64,000 nt of DNA, from IMG/VR virus record IMGVR_UViG_2609460245_000002, positions 1-64,000 of that record; one strand, 5' to 3'. This document shows, one piece after another, positions 29,783-40,540 of this stretch. The position numbers were made by a program, and so were the translations under genes. How positions within the stretch are numbered: position 1 is the first letter of the stretch; every line of letters begins with the position of its first letter. The stretch comes from an uncultured virus (IMG/VR IMGVR_UViG_2609460245_000002) (lineage: Duplodnaviria; Heunggongvirae; Uroviricota; Caudoviricetes). Below the pieces are notes generated by a model. That model was not told where the DNA came from, ran no database searches, and worked only from the letters and a program-made list of their open reading frames with translations.

Positions 29783-30053
29783 ACAGAGCCCTCTGCTCTT
29801 CTGCCCATAGCTTTATCGTCTGTAGTTGACTATTGCACATGGCAGCACTGTTAGTATTTAGAATGTAAGCTCTAGCGAGCCCCTTGACTGTATCTTGCTC
29901 CACTCGGTATACCTTAACCTCCTCGGTCAGGCTTGCCGGGGGCACAATAAGGATCGTTTGGTACTGCGGAACAGAAGGCCCTGTCGAGCAAGCTTGTAAG
30001 AGCAGGGTCCAGACTATCCCCAGTAGAAGGCTCAGAGATCGTCTCTGTGGCAT
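29772..30053 (-). CDS. o-spanin (Rz1-like lipoprotein)
   Basis: Signal peptide with LQAC lipobox; overlaps the i-spanin gene. Confidence 0.75.
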   Translation of the reverse strand: MPQRRSLSLLLGIVWTLLLQACSTGPSVPQYQTILIVPPASLTEEVKVYRVEQDTVKGLARAYILNTNSAAMCNSQLQTIKLWAEEQRALYGK

Positions 30054-30357
30054 TTTCTTGGGTCTCCCTTGGGGTTGGGTTAGGTAGAGACTCAAGCTCG
30101 CACAGGTGACCTTGTAGAAGCTCCTGTCGGCTCTTCATTTGGACTATATGCGCCTCTAGTCTCCCAGTGGTGATCTCACACCCTGCTCGCTCTTTCTGGA
30201 ACTGCTCTTCCATCTGTCGAGACGCAGCTTGAAGAGATTGGATATCATTCTTCGCAACAGCTAAGTCGCCGTACAAAGAGAACGACAGATATCCAAACCC
30301 TGCTGCCATTGCGGCAGCTACTACGAGGGCGTAGTTTTTGAGTTTAGTTAGTATCAT
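29914..30357 (-). CDS. i-spanin (Rz-like)
   Basis: N-terminal TM plus coiled coil, after holin and endolysin. Confidence 0.75.
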   Translation of the reverse strand: MILTKLKNYALVVAAAMAAGFGYLSFSLYGDLAVAKNDIQSLQAASRQMEEQFQKERAGCEITTGRLEAHIVQMKSRQELLQGHLCELESLPNPTPRETQENATETISEPSTGDSLDPALTSLLDRAFCSAVPNDPYCAPGKPDRGG

Positions 30358-30583
30358 TTTCTATTGAGCCATCTTCTATGGTTTCCGAAATCGCTTCCTC
30401 CACTTTACCAGCAGTTACAAACACTGCCGAAATTCTCACACCAACAGCTACCAGTGTGGCTACTGCGGCGAACACGCCGGGAGGAAGGATAGGCTCCCAA
30501 AGATGAACCATGGCTTCCAGAGCCATAAAAGTTGCAGAGCCTACAGCAGCCCAGAACTTCCAGCTTTTGAATAGCTTCTTCAT
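30344..30583 (-). CDS. Holin
   Basis: 79 aa, two TM segments, adjacent to endolysin. Confidence 0.7.
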   Translation of the reverse strand: MKKLFKSWKFWAAVGSATFMALEAMVHLWEPILPPGVFAAVATLVAVGVRISAVFVTAGKVEEAISETIEDGSIENDTN

Positions 30584-30600
30584 TAGGAACCTTCCTAGAT

Positions 30601-31161
30601 TTACTTGAAGGATTGATAGGCTTCTGCTAGCTTAACATCGTAGTTGTTTTTCTTGTAATCCGGCCCGTTATACCTTCTTGCGAATTCTGCCCAGTCCTTA
30701 GACTTTAAAGCTTTGTGAATTGCCGGGTTGGTCTTGATGAAGCGCACAAAAGTGTTTAGTTGCGATCCCTCGCTAGCGTACTGGGCATTGACAAATGCCT
30801 GAACACTCGCATAACCTAGTGCCTCCCAATGGAATCCCATAATCTGGAATAGGCCCCAAGAGGCACTTTGAAGTGCGCAGTCTCTATCCATCTTGACTGC
30901 TTTATCTAGACGTTCGTGCTCCGCTTGTCCGCCGAGGTATCCTCCAGCTTTAGGGTTGCAAACGTCGTTTATTTCAGGGTCACGACCTAGCTTCCTTTTG
31001 AGAAGCTTGAACATCCAGTGCCTTTCGAATAGAATCTTAGGGACGCCAGAAAGTAGAAAGCCGCTCCCACGACTCTCTACTTTAGTGACGGCCTTTACAC
31101 TGGCAACATCGACTCCGAGATCATCGGCAGCCGATTGGAAGTCTTGCTCAGTTAGAGCCAT
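30601..31161 (-). CDS. Endolysin, N-acetylmuramidase (DUF3380-type)
   Basis: VES.G.GF, ILFERH, SWGLFQIMG, FARRYNG. Confidence 0.92.
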   Translation of the reverse strand: MALTEQDFQSAADDLGVDVASVKAVTKVESRGSGFLLSGVPKILFERHWMFKLLKRKLGRDPEINDVCNPKAGGYLGGQAEHERLDKAVKMDRDCALQSASWGLFQIMGFHWEALGYASVQAFVNAQYASEGSQLNTFVRFIKTNPAIHKALKSKDWAEFARRYNGPDYKKNNYDVKLAEAYQSFK

Positions 31162-31177
31162 TTTTGATACTCCTGAA

Positions 31178-32677
31178 TTACAGGGTGGAAGTGATAGCAA
31201 ACCAGTTGAACGGGTAAGACCAGTTGCCCCAGTTGCAGCTAACTCTAAACCCGGTGTTGCTCCACATATCCGTCATGAAAGCGCCCGGGCCGATGGAGTT
31301 GTTAAACGTCCCCATTACGGTCACTTGAACGTTCAAGATTCGTGCTGGAACAGGGAGTTGGATATTCGTCCTTGTGTCATCAGACAGACCGGGACCAGTT
31401 CCCCATTGTAGCAGAAGGCCGTTTGGTAGTCGAGCCCATCCTCTGGAAATATCCGACTGATTAGACTGGAAGTCCATAGCAGTTGTATTCGCAGGAAGAC
31501 CCCATACATCGAGCGTAGCCGCTCCCTTCAACCCTAGGTTGTTTCTAGCTGCTTGGACGTTCGTGAGGTCGGACAGGTTATCCCCAGACGACAGGAAGTC
31601 TCCTGTATTTCTAGTAGAAGCTGTGCCTAGCCCTAGGTTGGACCGAGCGGTAGCAGTGTTAGCCAATCCAGCAAGGTTGTCTGCCTTCATCATAACCGCC
31701 GCAGGGTCTGTTGTAGCCATCCCAGTGAGGCCTAGGTTGACTCTAGCTTGTGCCTTGTTAGGTACATCTGCTAGGTTCTGAGCGCTCCTCAAGAAATAGG
31801 TTTCCGGCTGGGTAGCACTACTTGTAATTCCAAGATTCGATCTTGCCAGCGCCTTGTTAGGCACATCTGCCAGATTGCTACCTGCCTTCAGGAATGTAGA
31901 AGAAGGCATAGTCGCTGTATCCGACAGTCCTAGATTAGCTCTTGCGGCAGTGACGTTAGACAGACCGGAAAGGTTGTCTTTCTTCTTCAGATACACCTGT
32001 GCGGCCTTGAGCGGACTCACAGCCTTGGTATCATTGGCTCCAGCTTCTGTCTCGATAGTCGTAGCAACTGCCATAACCCCGGCTACAGTCTCGGTCGCAG
32101 GAGGAACGAGAGTCGATAGCTGGCTCAGCGGGATCGCGTGAGTTGGCTGTGTTGCGGGAGCGACGCTGAAGACGTTAGACCCGTTGCCGTGCCGCATGGC
32201 ATAACGTGCATCGCCTTCGGCCTTACTATACACACTCAGGTTCTGTCTTGCAATAACTACGTTACCAATCCCAGAGAGGGTGTTGTAATTTGTCACGTGC
32301 CGATCAAGGTTAGCTTGAACCTTGGCCGCCTCCCCTGCATCCTCGAACGCCACCCGCCAGTATCCTGCTGTGATGTTGAGAGGGTCGGTTGGAATCTTGT
32401 CGGAATGGGTTCTAAGGCACTTATAAATGATCCCGTTAGCGCCTTGAGTGTAGCTCAGGTTACCCTGATACTCTGTGACGCTATCCCATTCGGGAATACC
32501 GTGCTGGTTAACGTGCGCGTTGAACAAGTCTTGCTTGTATTCAATGAAGTTGGCAGTTTGGTAGGGAGGTAGTTCTGTCACCCATCCAAGCCCAACTTTT
32601 ACAGCACCCGGGTCAACCTTCTGGCCGTTTTCAGACCAGATAGCGTTAATACCCGTAGGCTTCATAATGTTTGGCAT
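31178..32677 (-). CDS. Tail fibre protein with internal repeats
   Basis: Repeated NL.D..N...AR.NLGL; C-terminal GWARLPNGLLLQWG. Confidence 0.85.
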   Translation of the reverse strand: MPNIMKPTGINAIWSENGQKVDPGAVKVGLGWVTELPPYQTANFIEYKQDLFNAHVNQHGIPEWDSVTEYQGNLSYTQGANGIIYKCLRTHSDKIPTDPLNITAGYWRVAFEDAGEAAKVQANLDRHVTNYNTLSGIGNVVIARQNLSVYSKAEGDARYAMRHGNGSNVFSVAPATQPTHAIPLSQLSTLVPPATETVAGVMAVATTIETEAGANDTKAVSPLKAAQVYLKKKDNLSGLSNVTAARANLGLSDTATMPSSTFLKAGSNLADVPNKALARSNLGITSSATQPETYFLRSAQNLADVPNKAQARVNLGLTGMATTDPAAVMMKADNLAGLANTATARSNLGLGTASTRNTGDFLSSGDNLSDLTNVQAARNNLGLKGAATLDVWGLPANTTAMDFQSNQSDISRGWARLPNGLLLQWGTGPGLSDDTRTNIQLPVPARILNVQVTVMGTFNNSIGPGAFMTDMWSNTGFRVSCNWGNWSYPFNWFAITSTL

Positions 32678-32690
32678 ATATTACCTCGCC

Positions 32691-33068
32691 TTATTCTTTA
32701 GGAGCTTTAGGTTTGCTCTTTTCGGATGGGAAGTTCTTGTGCTCTGGCCATTTACGTAGTGCAGAACGATACTTACGCCAAGCCTTCTCTCTTACTTCGT
32801 CTTCATCGTCGATAGCAATCTCTACTTGACGATCTGCAAGAGTTAGTTCATTGTTTCTCCAAACCCTTGCTTCGAATTCCAAATCCCTGTCCGATACGTC
32901 TTCTGGCTCTGGAATTACGCCATCGTCGATAGCTTTAACAATAGAGTCGTAAACGACTTTCGCAGTGTCATCGTAGTCACACGCGAAGTATGGAATCCAT
33001 CCAAAATCAGGGTGATTCACTTCGCACTCGTAACCCATTTTATACTTTACAACATTTCTAAATTCCAC
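32691..33068 (-). CDS. Tail fibre assembly chaperone
   Basis: HP.FGWIP, R.WRN..L, W.KYR.ALR.WP...FP. Confidence 0.8.
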   Translation of the reverse strand: MEFRNVVKYKMGYECEVNHPDFGWIPYFACDYDDTAKVVYDSIVKAIDDGVIPEPEDVSDRDLEFEARVWRNNELTLADRQVEIAIDDEDEVREKAWRKYRSALRKWPEHKNFPSEKSKPKAPKE

Positions 33069-33081
33069 TATAATCTCCTCT

Positions 33082-33103
33082 AAAAAGAGGGCCGTAGCCC
33101 TCT
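33082..33103 (-). terminator. Terminator-like hairpin
   Basis: AGAGGGC-TACG-GCCCTCT-TTTT. Confidence 0.65.
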
Positions 33104-33104
33104 A

Positions 33105-35116
33105 TTAAGAAATGCGCTGCCAGAGAGTGATCTGGTTTCCGCGCGCAGCGAACGCGCCCATGCATCTGTAAGAGCCAGCGGGCCGGCTACCGGCTGTATA
33201 GCTGATCGTAGAGTGAGGTCTCAACTGGTTCCCGGCTCTAATTGTACCCGGGCCGCCAGAGCCTCCAGATTGATCTCCCGCCAGAATATACTGACCTACA
33301 GCGTCCCAAGCGGCTCCGGCTCTTGCGATATCGTTAGGAATTTCTCCCTTCTTGGCATATACCGAATCAACCCAGTTGGTCAGAGAACCATAGGCTCCGT
33401 AAGCGGCTCCTGTGATATTCCCTGCTGTATTGAGCGTAGCGCTCCCGGCGTTAACGTTGCCTGTCGCATTCACGTTTCCAGAGGCGTTTAGTGTGGTAGC
33501 ATTGACTCTTCCAGTAACAGTCATGTCCAGACCGGTAATCGACACTGCGGTGGAGCCACCAGCTACCCGGAAGTTCATCGAGTTGTTAGACTGGGCCCCC
33601 CAGATAAGACCGAGTTCTGTTCCGTTCGCTCTCTGGAACCCGATGTGGCGTTGCCAGTGCCCGATGCTCTACTGAAGATGTTAGAGCCGTACCCGACGAT
33701 AGTGCCATACGCATTAATCGCAATAGCGCTGAATCCTCCGTCTGCGTCTCTCTGAACAAGAGAGTTAGCCTGCGCCGTAGTTGTGGCTGGAATCTGAGCC
33801 GAGTTGGACAGACCAGTGATTCTAGCGGCAGGAACTGTACCATGAGTCATGTTACCATTAGCGTCGAATCGGAACAGCCATCCGTTAGTGCTACCGTTGA
33901 ATCCTCCGATAGCCGTAGGTTGTACGGTCAAGTAGGGGCCATTGTTCAAGGTGCTGGGGAAGACTTGAGTATCAGAGCTACCTTGAGTGAGTCTGTCGAG
34001 ACCCAGACGAGACCTAGCGTCTGTAAGAGTCGGGCCCAGAGAGAACTGGTTTCCTGTGTGAAGGATAACTTCGTTACCAATCTGGACAACTGGGTTTGTA
34101 GCGCTTCTGAACACGAATTGCAGAATGTTGTCATCTACTACAGCGAGGCTAATCCAGTCAGTGTCAGACTTATTCCTCAATGCTAGCTGAGTCGTCTTGT
34201 CTGCACTCGAAAGGTTTGCTCCGTTGATGTGGAGGCGTGCAACCGTTCCAGCATAACTTGTATCTAGGCCCGGAAGAACAATGTTCTGGCTTCCGTCGAA
34301 TGCTACACCGTTGATTGTAACTGGAGCCCTTAGCTTGTCAGCTGTGGTTGCGTTTCCAGACAGGGTGGCCGTAATCACACCAGCGTTGAAGTTACCAGCA
34401 GCGTCTCTATAGACCAGAGTGTGGGCTCTGTTAGCTGGATCGGCTGTGATGATAGCAGAGTTAGCTAGGCCTAGGAAACCTCTTGCGTTTTCAGCATTAG
34501 CCGCGTTGACAAGTCCTCTTCCGAACGCTGTGATGTTGAAGGTAGCCATGGAGGTATCCGTATTGAAGTACGGAACTGTGTTGGCAGCCCTAGTCACAGT
34601 GGACAGGTTAGACAGTACAACAGAACTTTCTTGAGCCGAAATATAGTTTCTGGCTGCTGCGGCGTTAGCTACATTCAACATTCCACGACCATAAGCCGTA
34701 GAGTCAAACACGCTAGCTCCTGTGGCACTAATGAAGAACGGGATTCCACCGTCTCTTGGTGTCAGGCTTCCAAGTGCAGAGCTAGATGTGGTAAAGTCTG
34801 CGAAAGCTCGGGCCCAGTTGGGGTTAGCGGTGGCCGGGTCGCTACCTGTATGGGTACGAACAGCCTTGTAAACAAATCCACCTCTAGTGCAGAACGATTT
34901 GTTAGCAATGTACTCTTGTGTACTAGTCCACTCTGGGATGCCCTTCTGTAGCAAATACGCTAGGTTAGTATCGTGAAGGTTCCACTTCCAGTTCCACCAT
35001 TGGCGAGGAACCGACTGAATACCCCATCCGCCTTGCTGCTGCGCAGGGGTCGGGGCTACCATATCCCCGCCTGTGGACCAAATATTTTCAATAGGTAGTT
35101 GACTGTAATCAGCCAT
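33105..35116 (-). CDS. Tail fibre protein, frameshifted near 33645
   Basis: N-terminal GIPEW...EY; GNATTADKL...INGVAFDGS; two ORFs join. Confidence 0.82.
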
Positions 35117-35126
35117 TTATAACTCC

Positions 35127-35900
35127 TTATGTCACTAGGTTGGTCAGAATTCCACCAACAGTGGGATCGTTTAGGTCTCCAACGCCTTGTCCTCCGGGGA
35201 AGCCTTCTGTAGCAAATACCCGGCCAGCTTGGAACTCAGTGTATGTGTAGTTAACCCCGATAGTCTTAGGAAGCAATGCACCTGCACCACCTAGGTCGAA
35301 TAGAAGACTACGCTCTACGTTCGTTAGAATCTTACCGATGCCGATACGGACAGCAGCGGGAGCGTACTCCTCTAGGAATACTTCAGGAACCCCGAATACA
35401 AATTTATAAGCTTCGATAACTTGCTCTGGGGTTGAGTTTGTTCTGTTCTTGATGATCTTTGCTTTCAGGATCATCCGATACTCTTCGTCGCTCGGCTCTC
35501 TGGCGTTACCAGTTGGAGCACCGACCGAGTACCATGGAGCACCGACCGAGTACCATGGAGCACCGACCGAGTACCATGGAGCACCGACCGTAGGGTCCGA
35601 CAGGCTTCCGAAAGAACCTGCACGCTCCGTTCCAGCGAATCCAAAATAGTTGAAAATATCTTGGTACACTAGACCGCGTGGTCGCCCTACAATGTCTCCG
35701 ATAATGTCCAGTTGCTTCCCGGTGGCTGTGTCCAGAGACCGGAGAGTCTGGAGGTCTTCCAGTGCATTCTGGATATCAAACTTACCAGACAATAGCACTT
35801 GCAGGAAGCGATCAAAGATCGGCTTCTCTTTAAACTGTTCAGTGACCCGTTCCCGGGCCACCTCCAGATAATCTTCTCTGTCAAATTGGTTGACAGCCAT
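35127..35900 (-). CDS. Baseplate wedge protein (DUF2612-like)
   Basis: LDTATGKQLDIIG.IVG..R; D..YR..LKAKI..N. Confidence 0.8.
   Translation of the reverse strand: MAVNQFDREDYLEVARERVTEQFKEKPIFDRFLQVLLSGKFDIQNALEDLQTLRSLDTATGKQLDIIGDIVGRPRGLVYQDIFNYFGFAGTERAGSFGSLSDPTVGAPWYSVGAPWYSVGAPWYSVGAPTGNAREPSDEEYRMILKAKIIKNRTNSTPEQVIEAYKFVFGVPEVFLEEYAPAAVRIGIGKILTNVERSLLFDLGGAGALLPKTIGVNYTYTEFQAGRVFATEGFPGGQGVGDLNDPTVGGILTNLVT
35514..35590. repeat. Perfect 21-bp tandem repeat, 3.7 copies, in frame
   Basis: TGGAGCACCGACCGAGTACCA x3 plus 14 nt; encodes (GAPWYSV)x3. Confidence 0.95.
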
Positions 35901-35918
35901 GGAATTCTCCTTCTATCA

Positions 35919-37381
35919 TTACACCGTAGTTACGGTGATATCTGCTGCGGCGAATGTAGCCACTTCTTTGAACCCGATTTCGATGTTCGCCATACCTTGA
36001 GTTTGTCCTTTCTTAGCAATCGTCAGGCTGTTCACTTGGAAGCCCGGGATTTCCATGATTGGGGCATAGAATCGAGAATAAATTACGTCGTCTCCGATCT
36101 TGTAATTCTCAGTTCCGTACGCTACAATCCTTGGCCGTAGGATATCTTCAATGTTCTCTGGCATCGATCCTGTGTTTGTTACACTGATCTTGATCTCGAT
36201 TGGAACCTCAACAGGGCGTTGGTAGTTGACTCTATGGGTATAGCCCAGACTGTCTACCACCTGAACCTCTGTATCTCCAACAGAGCCAATCCCGAATGGC
36301 TTGTTCAGCCAGATAGACTGTGCAACCTCTGTAGGAATACCACCAAGAACGATTGGAAGGAACGAGTGACCCGGGACTCCGTGAACGGGGTCTAGGTTGT
36401 CGGTATCGTTTTCGATAATCCTAACATCCTCGACTCCTTCTACGTTCATCAGACCGTCGATCAGGGACTCCAGAATGTTGGTGGCTTGTACGAATTTAGA
36501 GTTTCGAAATCTCTCGCGAAGCTCATCGTCGGTCTCACGCAGACGGCCAGTGATAGCTGGAACAGGTTGATAACGCTGTCCCATCCGGCAATAGGAATGG
36601 AGATCGTATCGATAGCTAGAGCTTGCTGAGGCACAGGGCCAATAACGTCGTCAACAGCGATACCAAGCTTTCTAACCTTCTGAATACTCAGGTTGGAGGC
36701 TTCTTCGAAAGTCTTGGTGTTGAATGGGTCAATAGGTACTATGAAAAGTATACCATTCTGTTCGTAGCTTGTCAAGGTATTTCCGTGATTTGTAGCTACG
36801 TCTGCGGCCAGTCCTGCTAGGATGGACTCGGATGTTACTGTACCAGTGGTAGGGCTTGTGTACTTGATAGACGTTGTGTTAATGTCATCAACGTACATCT
36901 TAAGCTCGTATGTCAGGTCGTTGCCTACTGTCTGAGGGAAGATTCCAACACCAGAGCAAGCTTTAGGAGTGAGGATCACGCCTTGTAGCAGGTGGAACAC
37001 TCGGCCTGTACTGCTGGAAATCATCTTAGCGGGAGGCGAGTTAATAACGGTGTCGATGTTGCCCTCTAGAACAACCTGAGCCCGGGTCGGACGGGCAGCA
37101 TGCCGGCTAATTGCCGAGAAGGACACTAGGTTGTCCAGAGCCACGCCAGTTGCGGCTGCCGGGTTGAAGGAGTTATACACCATCTGGATAACTTCCCAGA
37201 TAGCTTCGTCCGATGGAGCAACTACGCCGATCAGACGGCCTAGAGCAGAGTTACCAGACGTGTCAACTTCGTCTCCAGTTGAAACTAGGTCGGCGAAGAC
37301 CTGAGAGGCTACGTTTCTGTAGTCTGTCAGGATTTGGTCCAAGTCTTTAATCGTTAGACCTTCTGCTGTAATTCCAGCCAT
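35919..37381 (-). CDS. Baseplate J-like wedge protein, frameshifted near 36570
   Basis: ATGVALDNL and GR.RETDDELRER motifs. Confidence 0.82.
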
Positions 37382-37382
37382 A

Positions 37383-37754
37383 TTAAACTCCTATCATTCT
37401 GAAAGTGATGGGAAGGGATTCTGTATTGTCTGTGGTTCTGACTGTGAACTCCATGGAGTATTCACGTGTGTGAGGGTCGATCCCCGACTGCCAAGATGTA
37501 ATCTCAAGGACGCCGGGGTCTCTCATAATCTCAGATTGGAATATCGCGTCAACAGCGGGAAGGCTCCTAGACTTACCAAGAATCCTCTCGAAGTAGGGGA
37601 TGCCGATCCTATCATCCAAGAACCACTCACCTAGGAATGTGTACAGTTTGATCTTTAGTCGCTGAGCAACAATATCAACCATTCGTTGAGTGACTGGAGC
37701 TTCACCATTTATAAAAACCAAGTCATGTGTGTCGGGGTTGACAAACAAGTCCAT
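37383..37754 (-). CDS. Baseplate protein (gp25-like)
   Basis: L.TFLGEWFLD...GIPY. Confidence 0.75.
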   Translation of the reverse strand: MDLFVNPDTHDLVFINGEAPVTQRMVDIVAQRLKIKLYTFLGEWFLDDRIGIPYFERILGKSRSLPAVDAIFQSEIMRDPGVLEITSWQSGIDPHTREYSMEFTVRTTDNTESLPITFRMIGV

Positions 37755-37765
37755 ATGATCTCCTT

Positions 37766-38506
37766 TTAAGCTTGTGGGACAGCAGTAACACCACCGCCCG
37801 GCATAACACCACCGTGTTTGTGGGTATGGAATGGAATACCGTTGAATGTAGAAGTTCCACCAGTCTGCACGTAGTTACCTGTATGTGCAATGTTCCCGTT
37901 CCATGTTGTATGGGCTGCATCGACAGTGAGTGAAGCACACTTGACGTTGACATTTTGAGCATTAATGCTTATAGTCTTGCGGCTGTTGATTAGAATATCT
38001 CCATTGGCTTTGATCCTAACTTCCGCCTCTTGTCCCGTCATCAGGTTGTGGGCAATAGTAAGGTCTTTGGTATCATGTGGCCAACTATGTCTTGCAGGGT
38101 CGTTCATCGACCTAGGGAAGGTGAACAGCCCGGGAATGGCAATGGCATCCGCCATGTTGAACTTACGAAGATCGTTTGGAGTGTGAGGCTGTCCAGTGGC
38201 AGAGCCTTTAAACACGTCCATAGTTCTTTGAGAGAATACACACAACACCGTATCCCCGACATTCAATGGGAAGCTGATAAGGGTGTTAGCTGTTCCCGGC
38301 ATAATGACAGGGACAGATAGAATCTCTGGTTGCTCTTCTGATGTGCCGTCTTTGTACAGGTCATTGACCACTGGTCTAACATCGACAGAAAGGCGTCTAA
38401 AATCGTCCAGAACGCGCAATACCACACAAGGTATGGCAGTATACTGTTTCGAGCCTTCCGTGGACGAGTGCAGGTTCAGAAGCTCTTGTAGGCCTGTTCT
38501 CCTCAT
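37766..38506 (-). CDS. Baseplate spike protein
   Basis: OB-like N-terminus; C-terminal HKH iron motif (HTHKHGGV). Confidence 0.82.
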   Translation of the reverse strand: MRRTGLQELLNLHSSTEGSKQYTAIPCVVLRVLDDFRRLSVDVRPVVNDLYKDGTSEEQPEILSVPVIMPGTANTLISFPLNVGDTVLCVFSQRTMDVFKGSATGQPHTPNDLRKFNMADAIAIPGLFTFPRSMNDPARHSWPHDTKDLTIAHNLMTGQEAEVRIKANGDILINSRKTISINAQNVNVKCASLTVDAAHTTWNGNIAHTGNYVQTGGTSTFNGIPFHTHKHGGVMPGGGVTAVPQA

Positions 38507-39420
38507 TGGTCAATATCCTCTTGGTTAAGATCGGAACACCAACATTCAGTGTACCATTCGTTGTCTCTGTATCCGCCCGAGATTCGGACGTTGTTGATTC
38601 TGAAAGTTCCTGACAATCTATCCGACTCTACCCGGACAAGAACCCCGGGAGTTAGCTCAGGATTGAGAAGGCATTTGAATTGAACGCCTCTCCGTCTCCG
38701 CTTATCTTTCTTCTGTGCCGTTCCGCTGGCACTGGCGTAGAATGGGATATCGATCAGACCGGTCTCTCTGTTTACGAGAGGAGCCATTTGAACACTCTTC
38801 GTTGTTGGTCCGTTAACGTCTGTGACGTTTAGAACGTTTCCACTGATGTTCCATTCAATATTGTTGGCTTCACACACGCTGTTTAGAGCGTCTTTGGCCA
38901 GACCACGGAGTTGATAGCCGTACATGATCGGGTTATTGCAATTGAGGCCTGTATAAGCTCCTCTGTCCACTCCCGGCATTTGAAGACGAATCTCTTCGAT
39001 AACATCCTTTACAGTTTTGCCCGGAGATACTGTGCCCTTCAGCTTGGTCTCTGTTAGTGCTGTGTACCCTTCGCCTAGAATAAGCTGAGTGACGTAATCA
39101 TTGCCACTCTTTCTAGTCGAAGTTTCAACAACGTTGCCATCTAGCACAACAGAAGTTCCCATCTCCTTATAACCAACCTCTAGTCGGCACGTCAAATATT
39201 CAGTTTCAAGGATGTTCAGAGTGGCAATAGACAGATTGTATATCTCAACAGTCGCCGAGTTTCCGCTCTTCTTGTTATCTGAACTTTTAGAGATATCGAA
39301 CCGGAACTGAAGTCCCTCTCTGTTCAAACTTCCGTCAGGGTGGAGGTTTGTAATCTCTACACCTTGCCCGGATTCAGTGTTACCGAGCGTTAGTTTATAC
39401 ACTCTGTCATATTGTTTCAC
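38503..39420 (-). CDS. Baseplate hub protein
   Basis: Position; IYNL and TGLI..P...CLLNP motifs. Confidence 0.7.
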   Translation of the reverse strand: MKQYDRVYKLTLGNTESGQGVEITNLHPDGSLNREGLQFRFDISKSSDNKKSGNSATVEIYNLSIATLNILETEYLTCRLEVGYKEMGTSVVLDGNVVETSTRKSGNDYVTQLILGEGYTALTETKLKGTVSPGKTVKDVIEEIRLQMPGVDRGAYTGLNCNNPIMYGYQLRGLAKDALNSVCEANNIEWNISGNVLNVTDVNGPTTKSVQMAPLVNRETGLIDIPFYASASGTAQKKDKRRRRGVQFKCLLNPELTPGVLVRVESDRLSGTFRINNVRISGGYRDNEWYTECWCSDLNQEDIDQ

Positions 39421-39773
39421 TCTACGTCATCCTCCAAGTCAACGTTCACGTATAGCAGTTCGAAAAACTGTGGTACAATGTCACTCGCATCGTGCTTATA
39501 CTGCACCTGTTCTAGGTTGACAGGCATCAGCAGGAAGTAGCCATTGAAACCTATATGTTGCATGGCGTAATCTGCCATGATCGGGTACTGAGGAACAACC
39601 GCCAGTCCTGTCAGGATCGGAGTAAGCTCCTCGTCGAATATATCCATGTGCCACTGCCTAGAGCGGCTATTCCAGTAAAATTGAAGGACTCTTGAGATTC
39701 CCTCGATAGCTACTGCGTACCTGTACTTCCGATCTTGGTAAAGAGGAAGTGTGTCGATATAAGTCGTGCTCAT
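39417..39773 (-). CDS. Baseplate/virion protein
   Basis: WN.R...W.MDI.D motif and position. Confidence 0.65.
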   Translation of the reverse strand: MSTTYIDTLPLYQDRKYRYAVAIEGISRVLQFYWNSRSRQWHMDIFDEELTPILTGLAVVPQYPIMADYAMQHIGFNGYFLLMPVNLEQVQYKHDASDIVPQFFELLYVNVDLEDDVE

Positions 39774-39778
39774 TTAGT

Positions 39779-40540
39779 TTACCTCGCAACCTGAGTTCTA
39801 ATCTGAGCCTCTTTCATTTGACTACGCTTGAATGTAGGAGAGTCTTGGCTGGTAGCATTGCTAGCCCCGGTATCACCTTCTTTGGTGTCTCTCTTTTCTT
39901 TCTTAGCGGTCTTTCTACCCTTGTTAACCCTCACCTCGACATAACGAGTATCTGTGAATGTCACAGCCTCGATTGTCATACGAGGTTGAAGGCTGCTACC
40001 TGTCTCGGCGTTTTCAGTGAAAGACAAGTCGGTGAAGATGCATCTTTCGATTTGATCCCAGATGATACCGTCTCGGAAGTCCAGCAAACTGAAGACCTCA
40101 GCATTACGCTGCATGTCGATCAGTTGGCGCTCAATATCATAAGCGACTTTATCACCCTTTTGAGGGAGGACAGTTGCAGAAGGAATCTCAGGAGGAATAA
40201 ACTGAGTGATAACTTCTGGAAAGATTCTGCTAGGGTCTAGTCTAGAGGTTGAGATAACAGCCGGGATGGTTACCGGCTGCGTATTCACGAACTCTTTGTT
40301 GTTGATCTTGTATGTCTGGGCCTCGTTGTCGTTGATAACGGGCCTGTTCAAGTTGAAGTCTGCGTCTGATACGACGGCTGTAAGAGTGAAGACTGGGTTT
40401 TCTGTAGTAATGTGGTCTGTGATTTTTCCTCCCGTTTCGATTGGGTTGGAACTCACAGAGCCACGGTACTGTCTTCCGAACTCTGTAACAGCGTCGAACC
40501 AGATTAGGTCTCCGTTCTCTCTTTTGATAGCAATTGTCAT
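39779..40540 (-). CDS. Tail initiator / baseplate protein
   Basis: NPIETG..ITDH motif, directly after tape measure. Confidence 0.7.
   Translation of the reverse strand: MTIAIKRENGDLIWFDAVTEFGRQYRGSVSSNPIETGGKITDHITTENPVFTLTAVVSDADFNLNRPVINDNEAQTYKINNKEFVNTQPVTIPAVISTSRLDPSRIFPEVITQFIPPEIPSATVLPQKGDKVAYDIERQLIDMQRNAEVFSLLDFRDGIIWDQIERCIFTDLSFTENAETGSSLQPRMTIEAVTFTDTRYVEVRVNKGRKTAKKEKRDTKEGDTGASNATSQDSPTFKRSQMKEAQIRTQVAR

Noticed and set aside
31480..31990. Diversity-generating retroelement or DNA repeat in the tail fibre
   Set aside because: Repeats are degenerate protein-level units; no reverse transcriptase or TR/VR pair is seen.
35514..35590. CRISPR-like array
   Set aside because: Head-to-tail repeats with no spacers, inside a CDS.
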